Below, in pieces: positions 37,296-51,067 of a DNA stretch of 64,000 nucleotides. How positions within the stretch are numbered: position 1 is the stretch's first letter; each line of letters starts with the position of its first letter. Source of the stretch: Lepidodermella squamata (Eukaryota > Animalia > Gastrotricha); the NCBI GenBank assembly GCA_047495785.1, contig JBLDXI010000013.1, positions 1,364,001-1,428,000 on the forward strand. The letters are read 5' to 3'. Position numbers and translations under genes: made by a program. Below the pieces are notes generated by a model that was not told the DNA's origin, did not search any database, and worked only from the letters and a program-made list of their open reading frames with translations.

Positions 37296-40200
37296 CGTCC
37301 AATACGCCGACGACAAGCAAAAGAAATGATAAATAAATACAAACTAAGGGCTGGGGAAGAAAAAACGCAAAGTGTTCGATTAAAATGAAGAATTTAGCGT
37401 GCACCGAAAAATACAGCCGTGTGTCGACACCCCAAGGATGGCGACAGTAGAAAAAAACGAATTGCGACAGGCAATATGTCCACAAGACGCAAGGAAACGA
37501 AATCCTAGGAGGTTTGTGGGTAAAGTTTCCTCGCAAAATATTACATCAATCAGAGCTAATAACAAAAATTAATACAAAACGTGAATTTCATCGAAATACT
37601 TAGGCAGAATAATTGTAGCAATAAAGTCCATACTGCGGAGCAAGTATAGAGCCAAGTAAAAATTACGCGGAAATAAGCTCACCGGAAATTTTACACTACA
37701 AACCATCGGGTGAAATAATTTCATTTTGAACCAGCTGTAGAGAAATACGCACTTTATTGGTTTTTACTTAGCCAGAGAGTTTCAAGGGTCGATTAATATT
37801 CAGTAGTGTCGAATCGAGATTTTTAACATGATGTGGCTATGATTTGTTCTCAGTTTCATTAGCATAAAAGCTCACATATCAAACACTGTCAATATATTAA
37901 GACGGCTTGTTATTGAGTAGCATGGATGAAAATTTCAGAGGAAGAAGGTATAACACGTTGTGATACTGCGAGAAAAAAAAATCGAAAGAAAAATCAGTGT
38001 AGTAGACACTAGTACTCGCGAAGAAACAAATGAACCCGTCGGCGCTAGCTGCTCTTGAACAGAATAATTTTAAGCTTTACGTGCGATTTGTCGCGCTGTG
38101 AAATGACGCAGTGTAGTATCCGTGTCATGCAGGAATCCACCCTTTCTCCTTACGAGTCATTAGTATCAACGGCTAATCCTATGCCGGCTAAAAACGGAAT
38201 GATGCATCGATTAGTGATAGGAAATGCAGGAACGTACCTGAGTTAATTAAAATATCGCGCGCTGCAGGTAGTGAACATCGACATGCGCATACGAAGAGAT
38301 CGCCGCATTTAAAACATACGCACAAGTAAAAAGAGCGTAAAAAATGGAACTAACAACGGTCATGCTTTGGCCGACGTCACGCTTTCAAGTTTTAAATAAT
38401 TCAATAAGTCTTAATTAAAACAGTGGATGGATCTGTGCGCATTGCTGTCGGAAGAAAATGGTGTAATTAATGACTAGCGCTCATTTTGGGTACGGTTGTC
38501 GGTGAGAAGTGGCGCGCAAAAAAATCAAGTGCTCGGCGATTGGTCGATCATTGCATAAAAGTGGCTGACTTTTAAGTATTCATCGCTTAATACGAAAGTG
38601 CTACTTCTGCCGCATGGCGCTCGTTATGACCCCGTCTTTTGAAATTCGTCAAATTTTCCCGGCTCCCACTAGGGACTTGGGCTCATATTATATGCGAGCA
38701 GCTTCTGACAAGCTTGACCATTTTCAGCCAAAGTGACAGAACGGGAGAAACACAAGGGGCAAGAGTTATACATTTATTTATTCTTGAAGCTATGTAGCTA
38801 TACGCCAATTATTTCGGCGTGGGTATCATGAGGCGAGAGTTTCCTAATTCCGGCTCGCGGTGCGTGACGACATAGTAGTAATCTGCGAGTAGTCAGAAGA
38901 TCATGTTACATCCGATCATTACCATTTCTTTACAAAAAAGATAATGTATTCAGCCGATGGGCATAAAAATCGAGGGGAAGTGTAATATTCGCCAGTTTTT
39001 GCTAGTAGCAGTAGATAATTCACGCAATTATGCCTATAATAACGGCTTGCCGCTGCCGAACTTTCTAAGCCAATACAAGCGTGAGCAAACACGAGACGCT
39101 ATAACTACTAAAAAAATTACTGAGACATAAATAGTTGGTGAAAATACAGCGCAAATATTATCGCCTGTCTATAGCGAATTCCGAGTAACCGCTGAAAAGC
39201 AAAACCAAACATAAGTGTTAGACCGTAAGTTTAAATTCGTGCTAATAAAAACAAAAGAACCAATAAAGACCATTTATTTATACAAAAACTATAATACAAA
39301 TACCAAAGATGGAAAGGCTAAAAAATATTCGAAGCGCAGTCGTAAGCAGTATGTTCCGATAAATATACTTGGCAAAGCCGTGTATTTTCTCCAAGGGTAT
39401 TCAAAGATAATACATATGTATAGAGCTCACAGTGGCCCCGTGGGCACCATGCATAATCTGCACGGAATAAATACGAAATTCTCAGTTTTAATCAGCCTCA
39501 GGCAATCGGAAAATAAGAATTTTTTCACTGAATTATGTTTTACATACCTAATCAGTGCGAGAATGATTCGTCCATCAACGAACTGAAGTTTTGTTTCGAA
39601 AAAAATGACAAAATGACGAGAAAGATATAGTATACCAGTTTTGATTCCTAAAGTTTTATTGCTTCAAGCGTAACGACTTTTTCATCAATCCGGGACCAGA
39701 TTGTTAAAAATCTGGTTATTTGAATGATTGGCACAACAATTACGCTGGTGAAGATAAACTACCAACTAAAAGAATAATGTATTTCTGACGAACTCTGGCG
39801 ATACGGCGTCTCCAGCTCATTTGACATATGATAGATAACTCAATTACATCCGCTTATTGCTGTTCAACACTCTCAATCTTTCATATTCGTTCCAAATTCA
39901 ATGAGCGCTAATAGTCATGCGAGTGAAATACCATATAATCGGCGATGTTAAAGTCTACATTTAATAAATAAGTTTTCATTCAATTTATTTGTTGGCAAAT
40001 CTTCTCTATTAATCCACATCCCCAGTCGAACTTAACTGAAAACCTATAAAAAAAATAGAACGCTTATGGCAAGATCGTAAAGCGGATATTATTAAGAAAC
40101 CTGATGCAAAGAAACGCTTTCAAAGCATGCTATCAAAATATACGGACGGTATTCAGAAAAATGGAACCCGTCAACATTTTACAAGAGCATACGTTCAAAA

Positions 40201-41133
40201 CCATTAATACTAAGAATTGAAACATACCAGTGAACGCTCATATTTTGACCAAGTGTATACAGGCATTTTGGGAGATCACAAATGCGATGATGCCAAGCCG
40301 AACTGTTTGAACCTTTGATTCACGTCAACAAAATCAAACAGACCAGCTTCATTTTCTAACTGCTTTTGTATTCTGGTGAGCATTTTCCGAAAATAATACC
40401 TAGAGGTAACCAGTCTCACGATCAACCTCCGTCAAACGCCACATCGAATAAGTATTATAAAATGGCGACTGGCACCGAAAATCATTAATTCATAAAGAGC
40501 GTCGCCACCTTAACAGCGAGCAGCACAGTCTTAATAGCTCAAGTTATGCTAGCTAAAATTATATTGTTCCAACAGCAGCAGACAGTAATTCTGAATTGAG
40601 CTTGGAGGTTTGAGGCACAGCCGTCCAGATTCGAACGTTATATATCACCTGCGAAATCAATTCCGATCGATGTTTTACAAATATAATCTAGAATTTGAAA
40701 GATGCCCCACGGAACTTTAAGATCTTCATATCACAAATCAAAACTACTATTCCTTCAATTAATATTTAATATTTCAAGAGCTCCTTTAAGGTATAGGGTC
40801 TGGGTCCGAGACTGGGGATCCTAGAGCAGGCAAAGAGCGAAAGAAACGCATTTCTGCCTGCTGCCTTTGAATATCGGGCCCAACGAAGGAAACTGAACCA
40901 CTGGACAGATGAAACGCATGATTTTGAAGGCAATTGGCAATCCCCAGACAAAAGCTGTAGCTAGTGAAATTATAAAAGATACCTGGGTGTCTAAAAACAT
41001 GAGTGTATTTTTAACCTGGATCACTAGTAAGAATTATAAGAGGACTGTGACTGGTGATTCCTTTACAGAATTACAGAAGTAGGTGATAGGTGATTTGCCA
41101 AGAAGCGATAAGTATCAGTTTCATTGCAAAATA

Positions 41134-41264
41134 CAGGGTGTTCGTTAAATAATACTCGTTGAAACTCGTTAAAAATTATCCAGCTTTTAGCTCGCTAAAT
41201 CGCGTGCCAAAAGTAGCAGCGCTATTTACAACTGCTTATTATTTATTATTACTTGAACACCCTG
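41134..41264. mobile_element. Tc1/mariner-type MITE, 131 bp, TA target duplication
   Basis: TA|CAGGGTGTTC ... GAACACCCTG|TA: perfect 10-bp TIR with flanking TA. Confidence 0.75.
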
Positions 41265-43105
41265 TAAACATGTCGTGTCTCGGACGTTGGAGATTAGGTG
41301 CGTCAGTTCATGACTCAGATCTTGCCCTCAAACCTCATATCTCATTACACTAATAATATGCCCTTGGTTCATCACAGCGATCACGTATTAACAACTTATC
41401 CTAGTCCGGATGGGCCCAAGCTGTCGCCATTAGGCGAAGCTAGTGAGAAAATCGCGAGCTGACACTCCAGGAAAAATTCAGGTCTAATTTACCAACTGCT
41501 TAAGGAGACCCTATCCCTGGTACTTCAGTTGACCAACTGTTTCTTTAGGGCCCAGTAAATTTTACCCAGGTGGCTTTTCCATTCACTCGGCGAGAAGCTT
41601 ACAAACGCCGCCGCAACAAGACAGCTATCAAAAGGCATGTCCCCATGCTGATCACTTCGATGCGTGTTGCCTCTGATGCGCTGACTTCTAAATTAGAAAC
41701 GTTTGAATTTAGCGCGCTCAGTGAATTTCAACTTTTATAAACATTTATAAGTCATCAGAAAAATTATTACTATTTTAAATGTAAAGATATGTAGCGCATA
41801 ATAATTTTTCTGTTGTTATGGAGGGTTAGCGCGAGAAGTGAGAAGGGGGTTCCGCCGCGAACAGGTTTTCTTCACGAAGGTCTCGAAAACATCTCAGGGA
41901 CTCAGGGAACAGGGAAAGGGATCGCGGATCGCTCCTTTGACCTTCAACCTTCGCTAAACGGCGTTTCTTAACAACTGCTTGAACTGTGATGATTTCATCA
42001 TGTTGTTCTCCGGGAGCTAACTTGAATCGCAACATGCTGCGTGCCATTCATTAGTATCCTAGTCTTTCGTCTTTCCCCCTTTCGCCTAACGAGGAGTTAC
42101 TTACTTATTGCGAAAGATTGCGGAAACTCATTGGCTTACGGCGCCCTGGCTTGTACGCCGTCCCGTTTTGCATTAAACTTACTTCTTTTTATTTCTAAGG
42201 GAAACAAAGTTCCCTAACCCCCTAAACCCATAAAACCGGATTGCGATGAAGATTAAGCAAAATGCGAACTGAGACGGTTGTTCTATATTTCAGACTTTTT
42301 GGCGTCCCAATGGAAGAATACAGTCCCCATTCTCAGTGCCGTATAATTATGAAACATAACTAACATTATTATTCCTTCTTGATAATAATTTTCTTTGAAA
42401 GACATGGTTGCCAGTTTAGATACAGGCCGCACTTAACAAAACCTGTCGCTTGTCGCTGCTCGGCACTTTCACTCAAAGTCTTGAGGGATAATTGATCGTA
42501 TACTCTGCGCCGAGCTCCATTTAAAAAAATTCTCGTGGGCTGCTGAAATCTAGCAACGGAAATGCCTACATATTGAAGCAATAATCGGTAAACAAACTTT
42601 GGAAGCAATGTCTGCGCGATGAAAACCTCGACTAACTCGAATACCTCTTGCCGGAAACCTAATAAAGCATTTATTCTGCTAGCTGCTGTTTTAGAGCTTA
42701 GGTCTTCAATGATTGCTACTCGCAGAAATATGTTTTGGACATGGTTTTTATGTCGACTTGATTAATTGCCCTATACTTTGGTCTTGGGTGTCATCTAAAT
42801 CAATGAACAGCATGTGTTAAGGTAGGTAATGCTGACGATAGTTGATTTCGCGGATCTGCGCTAGCTTTTCTCTTATTCAAGACAATTCAGAGTGCCTCAG
42901 TTATTTAATGACCTTTTGACTTTGTAATACTTCTAACCTTGATCCCTGTATCTTTTATAGATTATTAAACGACACAAATTTTACCATGAATCTGAAATCG
43001 AAAGGTTAAACGTTGTTTCAAGTGGTAAGTTGCTAAACTACAACACCTTTTCCAAACTATTATTGTTCTGCCTTAAAATGAACAGACTTTTATTGTTTTG
43101 GTGTG

Positions 43106-45095
43106 ATGGCTGATTCAAAAAACGCCAAGCCTTTGTTCAAGAAAGAACACGAGACCAATGGATTCAGTTCGTCCAAAAAACCCGCGGTAAGAATTTTAAA
43201 CTACATGTAAACTTGAAAACTTTTTAATTTACACTAACTATCTTTGCAGCAAAATCATCACGCTGCCTACGCCGTGTGTGGCAACTGGAGTATATACAGA
43301 AGCTCATCGTGCGGAAGATTTTACTACCATAATTCCGCGAACGGTGCCTCCCAGTGGGAGAAACCACGAGACTGGACAATCAAGTAAGCTAAACTAGCTC
43401 TGAAAGTTTCTTCCACGTAAAGCCTCTTGATTTCTAAGGCCTGATATTGATGAGCTGATCGCTCGCCACGGCGGAGAGGGAGGCGGAGGCGGGGCCCCTC
43501 AAAGAGACCACCCACCTTCATCGGCATCTTCAGCGCAGCGAAATTCAGCGTCGTCTTTCCCTCAGCAGAGACACTCTGCTAGCCAACTGACATCGTCCTC
43601 TTCCTCATCGGCTAAGAGACCTCAGCATCTCATCCAGTCGAATAGTGGGAAAAATGGCGATTCGCCCCGCACTCTCTCCTCAAATAATAACCACCATCCA
43701 GATCAAAAGCAGCCTCCCTCGGTGAGCAGGTCATCTAACCACGTCAACAGTGATTATTCGTCAATGGATGCTCCTGCAAAAAGAAGGGTAATTACTGGCT
43801 CGCAAATTCGTAAACTGGAAAATCTTTATCTTTTTTTACAGAAGCAAGATATTAGTTCTCCCAGCGGTACACCTCAATCTTCTGGCTCCGGAGGTTCCGG
43901 AAATGCCTCTGCGACTCAGCACAGTAAGATCAGACTAATTTATTTTTGACATTGCTCAACCTTTTTATTCGTAGAAGCGCTTTCTCAATTAAACGACGTC
44001 TTGATGCAACATGTCCGCAATCGTCTCGATGACATCAAAGGCAAGCATCAAAGTTCGACTACTCCCAGTGTACATACGAATGAAAGAAGTAAACAAAGCA
44101 GCGTGTTTAAAGGGCCCAGTCACAGCCATACGCAGCAAGGTCTTTCTCCTTCCCCTTCAGATATTCGCTCGAGCGCGAATAACACCAGACCCGGTTCTCC
44201 TATAGCCGTTGCTAATGCTAATAACAGCAAGATGGACGCTGAAATGTCCGACTCTTCCTCATCCTCACTATCTGTGACACAACAACAACAACACCACCAG
44301 CAACAGCAACAAAATCGCCTTCTTGCCGAGGAACCATTCGGTTCTATGTGGCTTCGCTGTGATCGTGCCATATCGAGTTTAGACTTGTCTGCTGCCCCGC
44401 CGCGGCCGCAGCTGATCGAGTTGATCGCTTCAGCCTCCGATGAAATGGCCTTGCGGTTGGAGAAGCAGGCGCGGCGATTACGCGAAGAAACCGTCTCAAA
44501 ATATGACAACGTTGCTCAATTAGCGGTCAAGATTAAATCGCAGCGTTCCATCGTTCGCAAGATCGACATCATGTCGGAAATGAACGCCAAGAGGTAAACT
44601 TATTCTACTAATAATTTCTAATGCAAAACTATTAGACGAAGTCGGGATTAGGAAATATAACGTACATTTCAGGATTTTACACACTCACGAGCTTTTAAGT
44701 CATATCCGGGTATGAAATGCATACATTTTCAAATAAATAATTGAGCTACATAGGCCCTAGATGCTAGATCAGGGGTGAATTTTTTGAGGTGTCTCATGTC
44801 AGGCAGTTGCTTGCATTTTCCAAATCATGTCACTCTGAACTCGGACCCCAAAATCGGTCCGGTTTAGACACCTTTCAATTTTAATTCAACATTTTAATCG
44901 AGAAACTCAGAAGTAATTCTTCTTATATTAATTTTTCATAGGATCGCAAGCATTCAGAAGCAGATCGAAGAACTCGTGGTGTCTAGGAAGGACTTGGCTT
45001 CTCTTCTAAGTCAGCAACCTCGATTGGCGCCATTTATGATGCCACCAATTGGCTCGATGCCTCTGTCATCTTCTTCATCAGGAACGCTTAAGTAG
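43106..45095 (+). CDS. WAC: WW domain-containing adaptor with coiled-coil; ~6 exons
   Basis: WW domain GNWSIYRSSSCGRFYYHN..SQWEKPRDW, Ser-rich middle, and C-terminal coil LEKQARRLREE..KSQRSIVRKIDI..KRIASIQKQIEEL. Confidence 0.85.
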
Positions 45096-45970
45096 CAATC
45101 ATCTTCTGAGCCGTGATCGAATATATAGTTGAAAACTCGCTTCTGAGCGACTAATTGCAGTTCTGGGGTGGAGCCAGAAACAAAATACAGCACCGCTAAG
45201 TACCCTTTTCTCGCTCAAAGTGCTCATTCTTTCGTGTATACGTTGTCTTGGGATATATCCGTTTTATTCCAATTAGCGTCCAACGGCGGTGATCCATTTT
45301 CAACCTTTATTGCGCGCTCGATCAAGTTGTGCGAAAAAATGGTCGTTGATAGATTCTTACAGTACCTCGATGTAATTATTACTGTTATTACTTCATATAT
45401 CATGCGTAAATCCTTATTATCTATATAATTGCTATACGCTCTTACTATTTAAACTACAATTGTTATTATTTAATTACGTTGATTGAAAGAACTACGCGGA
45501 AATGTCTCTCATTTCTTGTGTGTTTGTGTGTAACACTGTCTCTTGTGTTCGAAAAAATGATATAGCGATTTGTGAGCAATGGTAATAGACGAACGTCGAC
45601 TGCTTAATTCTTTCATATAAGATCGAGAACCGATAAAACGGCAAAATACTAAAATGAAATGAAAAAAATTGAAAATAAAACGCTTTTTGGTACATTCTGC
45701 TGTCGATGAAGTTTTATTCATTTTTTCGTGTTATGACATTGAAAATAAGTTATATAATTTTGTTCAAAGGCCTGATATTAGCAAAAAGAGATAAGGACTC
45801 ACACCAAAACACAAAGCACAGAATGACAGATTTAACGTTATCGAAAATCGACAAGATAAAGTTGAGGTTTAAGACTGAGGAAGAGTTGCAGATGCAGTAT
45901 AAAGCGACCATATCAGACCGTTCTTTTATCTAACACAATAAGAGAAAGTTTCTATAAGTGTACATTTTCG

Positions 45971-48900
45971 TCAAAATAGTTTCGCCGCTTTCTTCAGTTC
46001 GTTCTGTTTCCATTTCGGCTTCGCAGCAAATTCTTCGTAGGACATTTTCATTACTCGTGTGAAATCTTCCGCTCGAAGATGCCTCTGCACAAAATAATGA
46101 AAAATGTAACCCTTCATTCAAAATAAAGTTCAAACCTCTCTGAAATTCGCGTTGACCCCGGGCGGCAACTCTTCTGATCTAACGATAAGCTTTTCGTATG
46201 GGAATTTCTCAGCTTCGGAGAAGTTGGGTTCCTGGCCTAGTTTTTTCTGCATATCAGTGATTCGTTGGGCTGTAAGCTGAATGTGAGCTGTGCTAGCCTT
46301 TAGTTCAGATTTCAATTGGTCGTAACTTTTGATAGTCTGTGGAAAAAAGAGAAATCCGAGAATAACAGTAAAAATCGAGAATTTATTAATTAATGGCATT
46401 GCGCATGCTAAAGGTGGGGAACCGTCAATTTCATGCCAGGTTAACATGAAAGCGAGATGTTTCATTCTACATTCTACGCAGTTTATTCATACCGGGTCGA
46501 TAGGCTGAAAGAATTAATCAAACCGCAATTAATTATTATAACGTGTAAAGGCATCGGAAAATTCCCCATGACCCATAAAACCGTAACCGGGTGATTCATA
46601 ATGTCTTACCGAGACTAAAACCTATTATTAGGCATGACGGAAGACGGGAAATATTATGTCTAAAAATAATTCTGATCTCAACTTACATCCCAGTAGCCAT
46701 GGTCCCAAGATGGGAAAAATCCAGTGAATGATGGAGGTTCAGCGCCCTGCTTGATGACGAAAATTGGCAGATTAGGATCACGGCCCCGTGGGTCGCTAGA
46801 TAAGTAATCCTGAAAGAGGCAAAACTTTGAAGAACGATAACATTGAAAATTGGTATAAGTACGTACAACAGCAAGTTTCAAAGCCATCTGCCGCTCATCC
46901 TCGTTGGCTTCGTTTCCGATCCAAACATGAATAGCTTCGTCGATGTCGAGGATCATCACATCATCAATGGCCAAGTCTTCCTGCGTAAAGGCGCTGATTT
47001 CTTCCACTGTGAAGCGTCCAGTTTTGTTGGAACATTGAAAAAGCCGTGCCGTAAATGGAACAGCCGGCTCTTGCAGCTTCTTCGACGAGGCGTATTCTTT
47101 TTGCCCGCCTAGTTCGTCCCAAAACTCGGGTTTCTCTTGCCCCTCCATCACTATTATAGGATCTCGTCCTGCCGCACGTGCGTCGGCAATTTGACGCGCT
47201 ACCTGACGCTCGTCACCTGTACACCCTTTACCGCACCAAATGTAGAGCCCAGTTTTGCCGAAAAGGACGAACGCATCGCCTGAATTGAGCGACTCGGCAC
47301 TTAGCGGCACCTGAATGGCTTTACGATCAAGATCTGACTGGCAGTGAACGCGCAACATAAATTGCTCGCCAACAGCTCGATCTCGTTCTCCCTTGCTCCA
47401 ACCGGCCTTGCCGCCATCAAAAATGATCAGCAACCCTTGAAATATTGCCATGAAGTGACGAGGCTCTTTGCCTTGTACAACTCGGACCTAAAAATAGAGG
47501 ATTGTCATAAAAACATCACTATACCGATGCTGATTCAGAATAACCTGAACAGCTGAGCCCTTGAAACGCGAGTTATCGGTTTCGATAGCTAAAGCAGCAC
47601 ATGCTGCTTGCTCATCGATAGAAGAATGGCGGCCCTAATAAAAAATATTAATTATGAACAAAGTTGACTATATTGAGTAATGAATTCTGACTTACAATCC
47701 AGTAGTAAATGATAGCTTTCTCCGCATTGTTGACTTTGTAACGGTAAACGATGATGTAGCAATCGCCGCCGAAAAGCAGTCCGACCCCACTGACGTCATT
47801 CAGGGGTTTCTGCTGCTCGACCATTACGTAATTCTTCGCAGATCCATGCTCAGTCCGCTCGATCCGATACACCTCAACATGACCACGTCCGTCATCGACC
47901 ATATGTGTTTCGGCAGCTAATTTCGTATCTTCGTGCAACTTTGCCGCATCGAATGTACCCGATTGCGTTGGCTTTGCAATCTTGTTGAACTGGTAAGGCT
48001 GGGCGTTGGTAAAATTCGGCTCGGGCCATTTTGAGAATAGTGCCTTGAACGCAGGTGTTTCTGTTCCTTCGACAACTCGAGAAATAGGCATTGATGGAGG
48101 GTAACCTTTCTTTTTCATGAACATTTCCGCGTTTCTAACCGCGAATTTCCGCTCATTATCGCTTGCCGATTTGCCAATCCAGACAAAAATCTGCGTTGGT
48201 CCATTGTCTATCAGAAAAGCATCTTCGGATTTGAGATCTGATCTAACTAAAGGCCCGGGTTTCTCCTCTTCAATTCGCACAGTGCCATGGTCATCTTTGC
48301 AACGGAACAACTTGAGCTGCCCAGCAACATCCCGCGGAACTTTATCGTCGCTTCCTGCATCGGCTGCCGGCTTTACCCGACGCTTGCTCAACGGGAGATG
48401 CTTGTTCCATATCTAGTATAGAAGAACGTGTAGAAGTAAAACCATAGGTTCGTTGAATTAACCTCAAGAAGAGCCTCGTTGAAGTCCTTTTGCTCTGATC
48501 CATCCTCTGTCATAACAACGATGCATTTCTCGTTACCACCGCGCTCATCCCTAGTTCGTCTTGCGAATTCAGCAGCCTAGATTTAATTAAATCCTAAATT
48601 CTACGTCCGATCGAAAATCTGAAATACTCACAGTAACAGATTCGGAGTGTCGACAATTCTTTCCCTTCCACACGAAAATCGCAGCTCCAAGGTCCAGCAC
48701 AAACGCGTCTCCGTCGTTGAACGAGTCCCAGCTGATCGGAACTTCGAATACTCGGCACGTTTTAGTTCCTTTGACCTGGTAAAGCGCGTCGCGGTGTTCG
48801 TGAGTGACGTGATGAAAGCCAGACGCGGCTCCACCTTCCAAGATTCTCAGCCCTTTCGGGTGGAAATATTTGACGAAAACGGGCGTTTCTGAACCCTGAA

Positions 48901-49419
48901 CCTCGCGGTACTGAACAGGCGAACCGCCGAATAGGTCATCCAATTCAATGGCCTTAATAGCCGCCACGCCTTGCTCATCCTGGCTACTGTTAGCGCCAAG
49001 CCAATAATGAACTCTCACGTCAAGATGTTGCTTCGTATTCAAGATCTAAAGAAAAAGGTTCGGTTTCATGAAGGATTGTAAGCAGAGTTCGAGCGTATTA
49101 CCGATAAAATTAGGTAGCAGTCTCCTGAATAAAAACTGCCATGCTGGTCTTGTGGAACTTTTTCCAGAGCGAAATTCTGAAACGATAACAATAGATAACT
49201 CGCAAAATGGATTCTTCGAAGACTTACAACAACGCGCCAGACGTAAAATCCCGCTTTAGTTTTGATGATTTCTTTAAAAGCTGGTTCTACGACGGCTTCT
49301 GACGACGGCCGTGATGAGGCTAACGACCGACTCGTTATAGACATAACAGCTTTGTCGTTGTTCACAAATTCACCGCGATTCTTTGGAAATCTAAAAATCA
49401 TGGGTTGCATCGTTTGCAT
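45971..49419 (-). CDS. Villin/advillin-like actin-binding protein (six gelsolin repeats plus headpiece); start codon uncertain
   Basis: FYSGDCYLIL, HYWLGANSSQDEQG, QYREVQGSE, SFNDGDAFVLD, SLNSGDAFVL, and headpiece ..FAAKPKWKQNELKKAAKLF*. Confidence 0.92.
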
Positions 49420-51067
49420 TTTTTCCAAAAGATTTTCCAATTAGTATGCAGACAAGGACTTCATCGCATTTGAAAAAAGAAGCTCTCCTTTTGCCAAATA
49501 TTATTGTTTTGGCCGTTTATACATGGATCGACAAAAATAGAAGCAAACAAAAACAAGCCCGTTCCATAAACATCGAACTAATTAGGTGGGGAGAGATGAA
49601 GGAGCGAGAAGGTGGGTCGTTCGCGCTAAATTAGTGTAAACATATCAGCGATGGCTCTTCACATAGCGCAGACATTTCCCTGGCAATATTAACCGCACAG
49701 CTAGGGCCACGCGCCTATGCAGACGACATTAACTTTCACTTGACTTGCAGCTATAAAACACGTGTCGCATATCAATTGAGGACATCATTGCGTGCCACTC
49801 TCAAGGTAAATTTACCGGCTAATCGCATCAACTCGTATTACTAAATAATATTGTAGTAATTACTGCGATTGCCTTAGCTAGGGAATATAACAGGCATCAC
49901 CTGTGCGCGCTGAGAGGAAAACGAGTCAGAGCATGATGAATTTTGCCGCTAATATTAGGTGCAATTTTATCTCGCATCTTATCGGTATCGCTCAAGTGGC
50001 CGTTTTTTATTCGTACGCGTGAAGATGTCACGAAAATAGCAATTTATTAAAGCCAAGTGCTATAACGATATTATATTAATAAAAAATTCTTCCTCGGTTG
50101 GGCCTGCCTAGTAATTATTACAATGTTTACCCGAATGGCACTGGTAAAAGCAGGTGATAGAATTATAGCGAGATTTGATAGGCGAGTTTCGCCAACTGGA
50201 TGATACCCGTGTGTTTATCGATGTGTTAGTCAGCGCAATAAAAACCACACACATGCGCGTGTAGTTTTTGTCAAATCGCCAGCTCTGCCAGAAAGATCGA
50301 TGCGGCGCAGGTTTGCTTTCATTCAATCACCACTGCTGCCACTGCTTTTTTCGACTCGACACTATATGCGCGGAATTCCCGCACTTTTCCATGTAATCAT
50401 TACGGCCGATGCAAATTAAGCGAGAAGCCTGCAGGGTAACGTGGAAAAAATTACAACTCGCGTTGTTTACTATGATACTCGTATCAAAGTAACACGGTGG
50501 AAAATACAGTTCGGGTGTTTTATTTTCTCAAGTTTTTCGTACACTTTATTTCATTGATCGCGTTTTCGATGATTAATCTAAAAATTAAGCGGCATATCTC
50601 ATCACAATACAAGGGAATAAAATTAAACAGAAAACTAATTCAAGTACGAATTCGAGGTTTTCCGCCGAAAAAATATATGGAAGAGGTATTGCACGACTTG
50701 ACAGGTAAATCATAGCACTTCCAGTGAATAAGGAATGACTTTTTTCGCATAATTTCATAAAATGATAGGGACTCATCACAATTTCGCATATAGTAGGTAT
50801 AGCACAACTGGATTCAATATAGCGAAGTTCTGCTCGCACAGAAAAAGAAAGACTTCGTAATGTACACATATTTTAAGCGTTTAAAAACTCCGAGGAATAT
50901 CATCGTGGCGCGAAGTAAAATTGAACAATATTTTATCAGCAGTCATGCAGCAGTCTAAAAACGCATGATTTCATCGACTAGGGAAGCATAATGTATCAAT
51001 AATTAATACAACGAAAGAAAGGCCAGCAGTATAAAAAAGGAAACAAAAATTGATAGCGGAAGCGACT

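Noticed and set aside
41826-42660. Short minus-strand ORFs near the WAC promoter
   Set aside because: I could not build a coherent spliced gene or recognise any homology.
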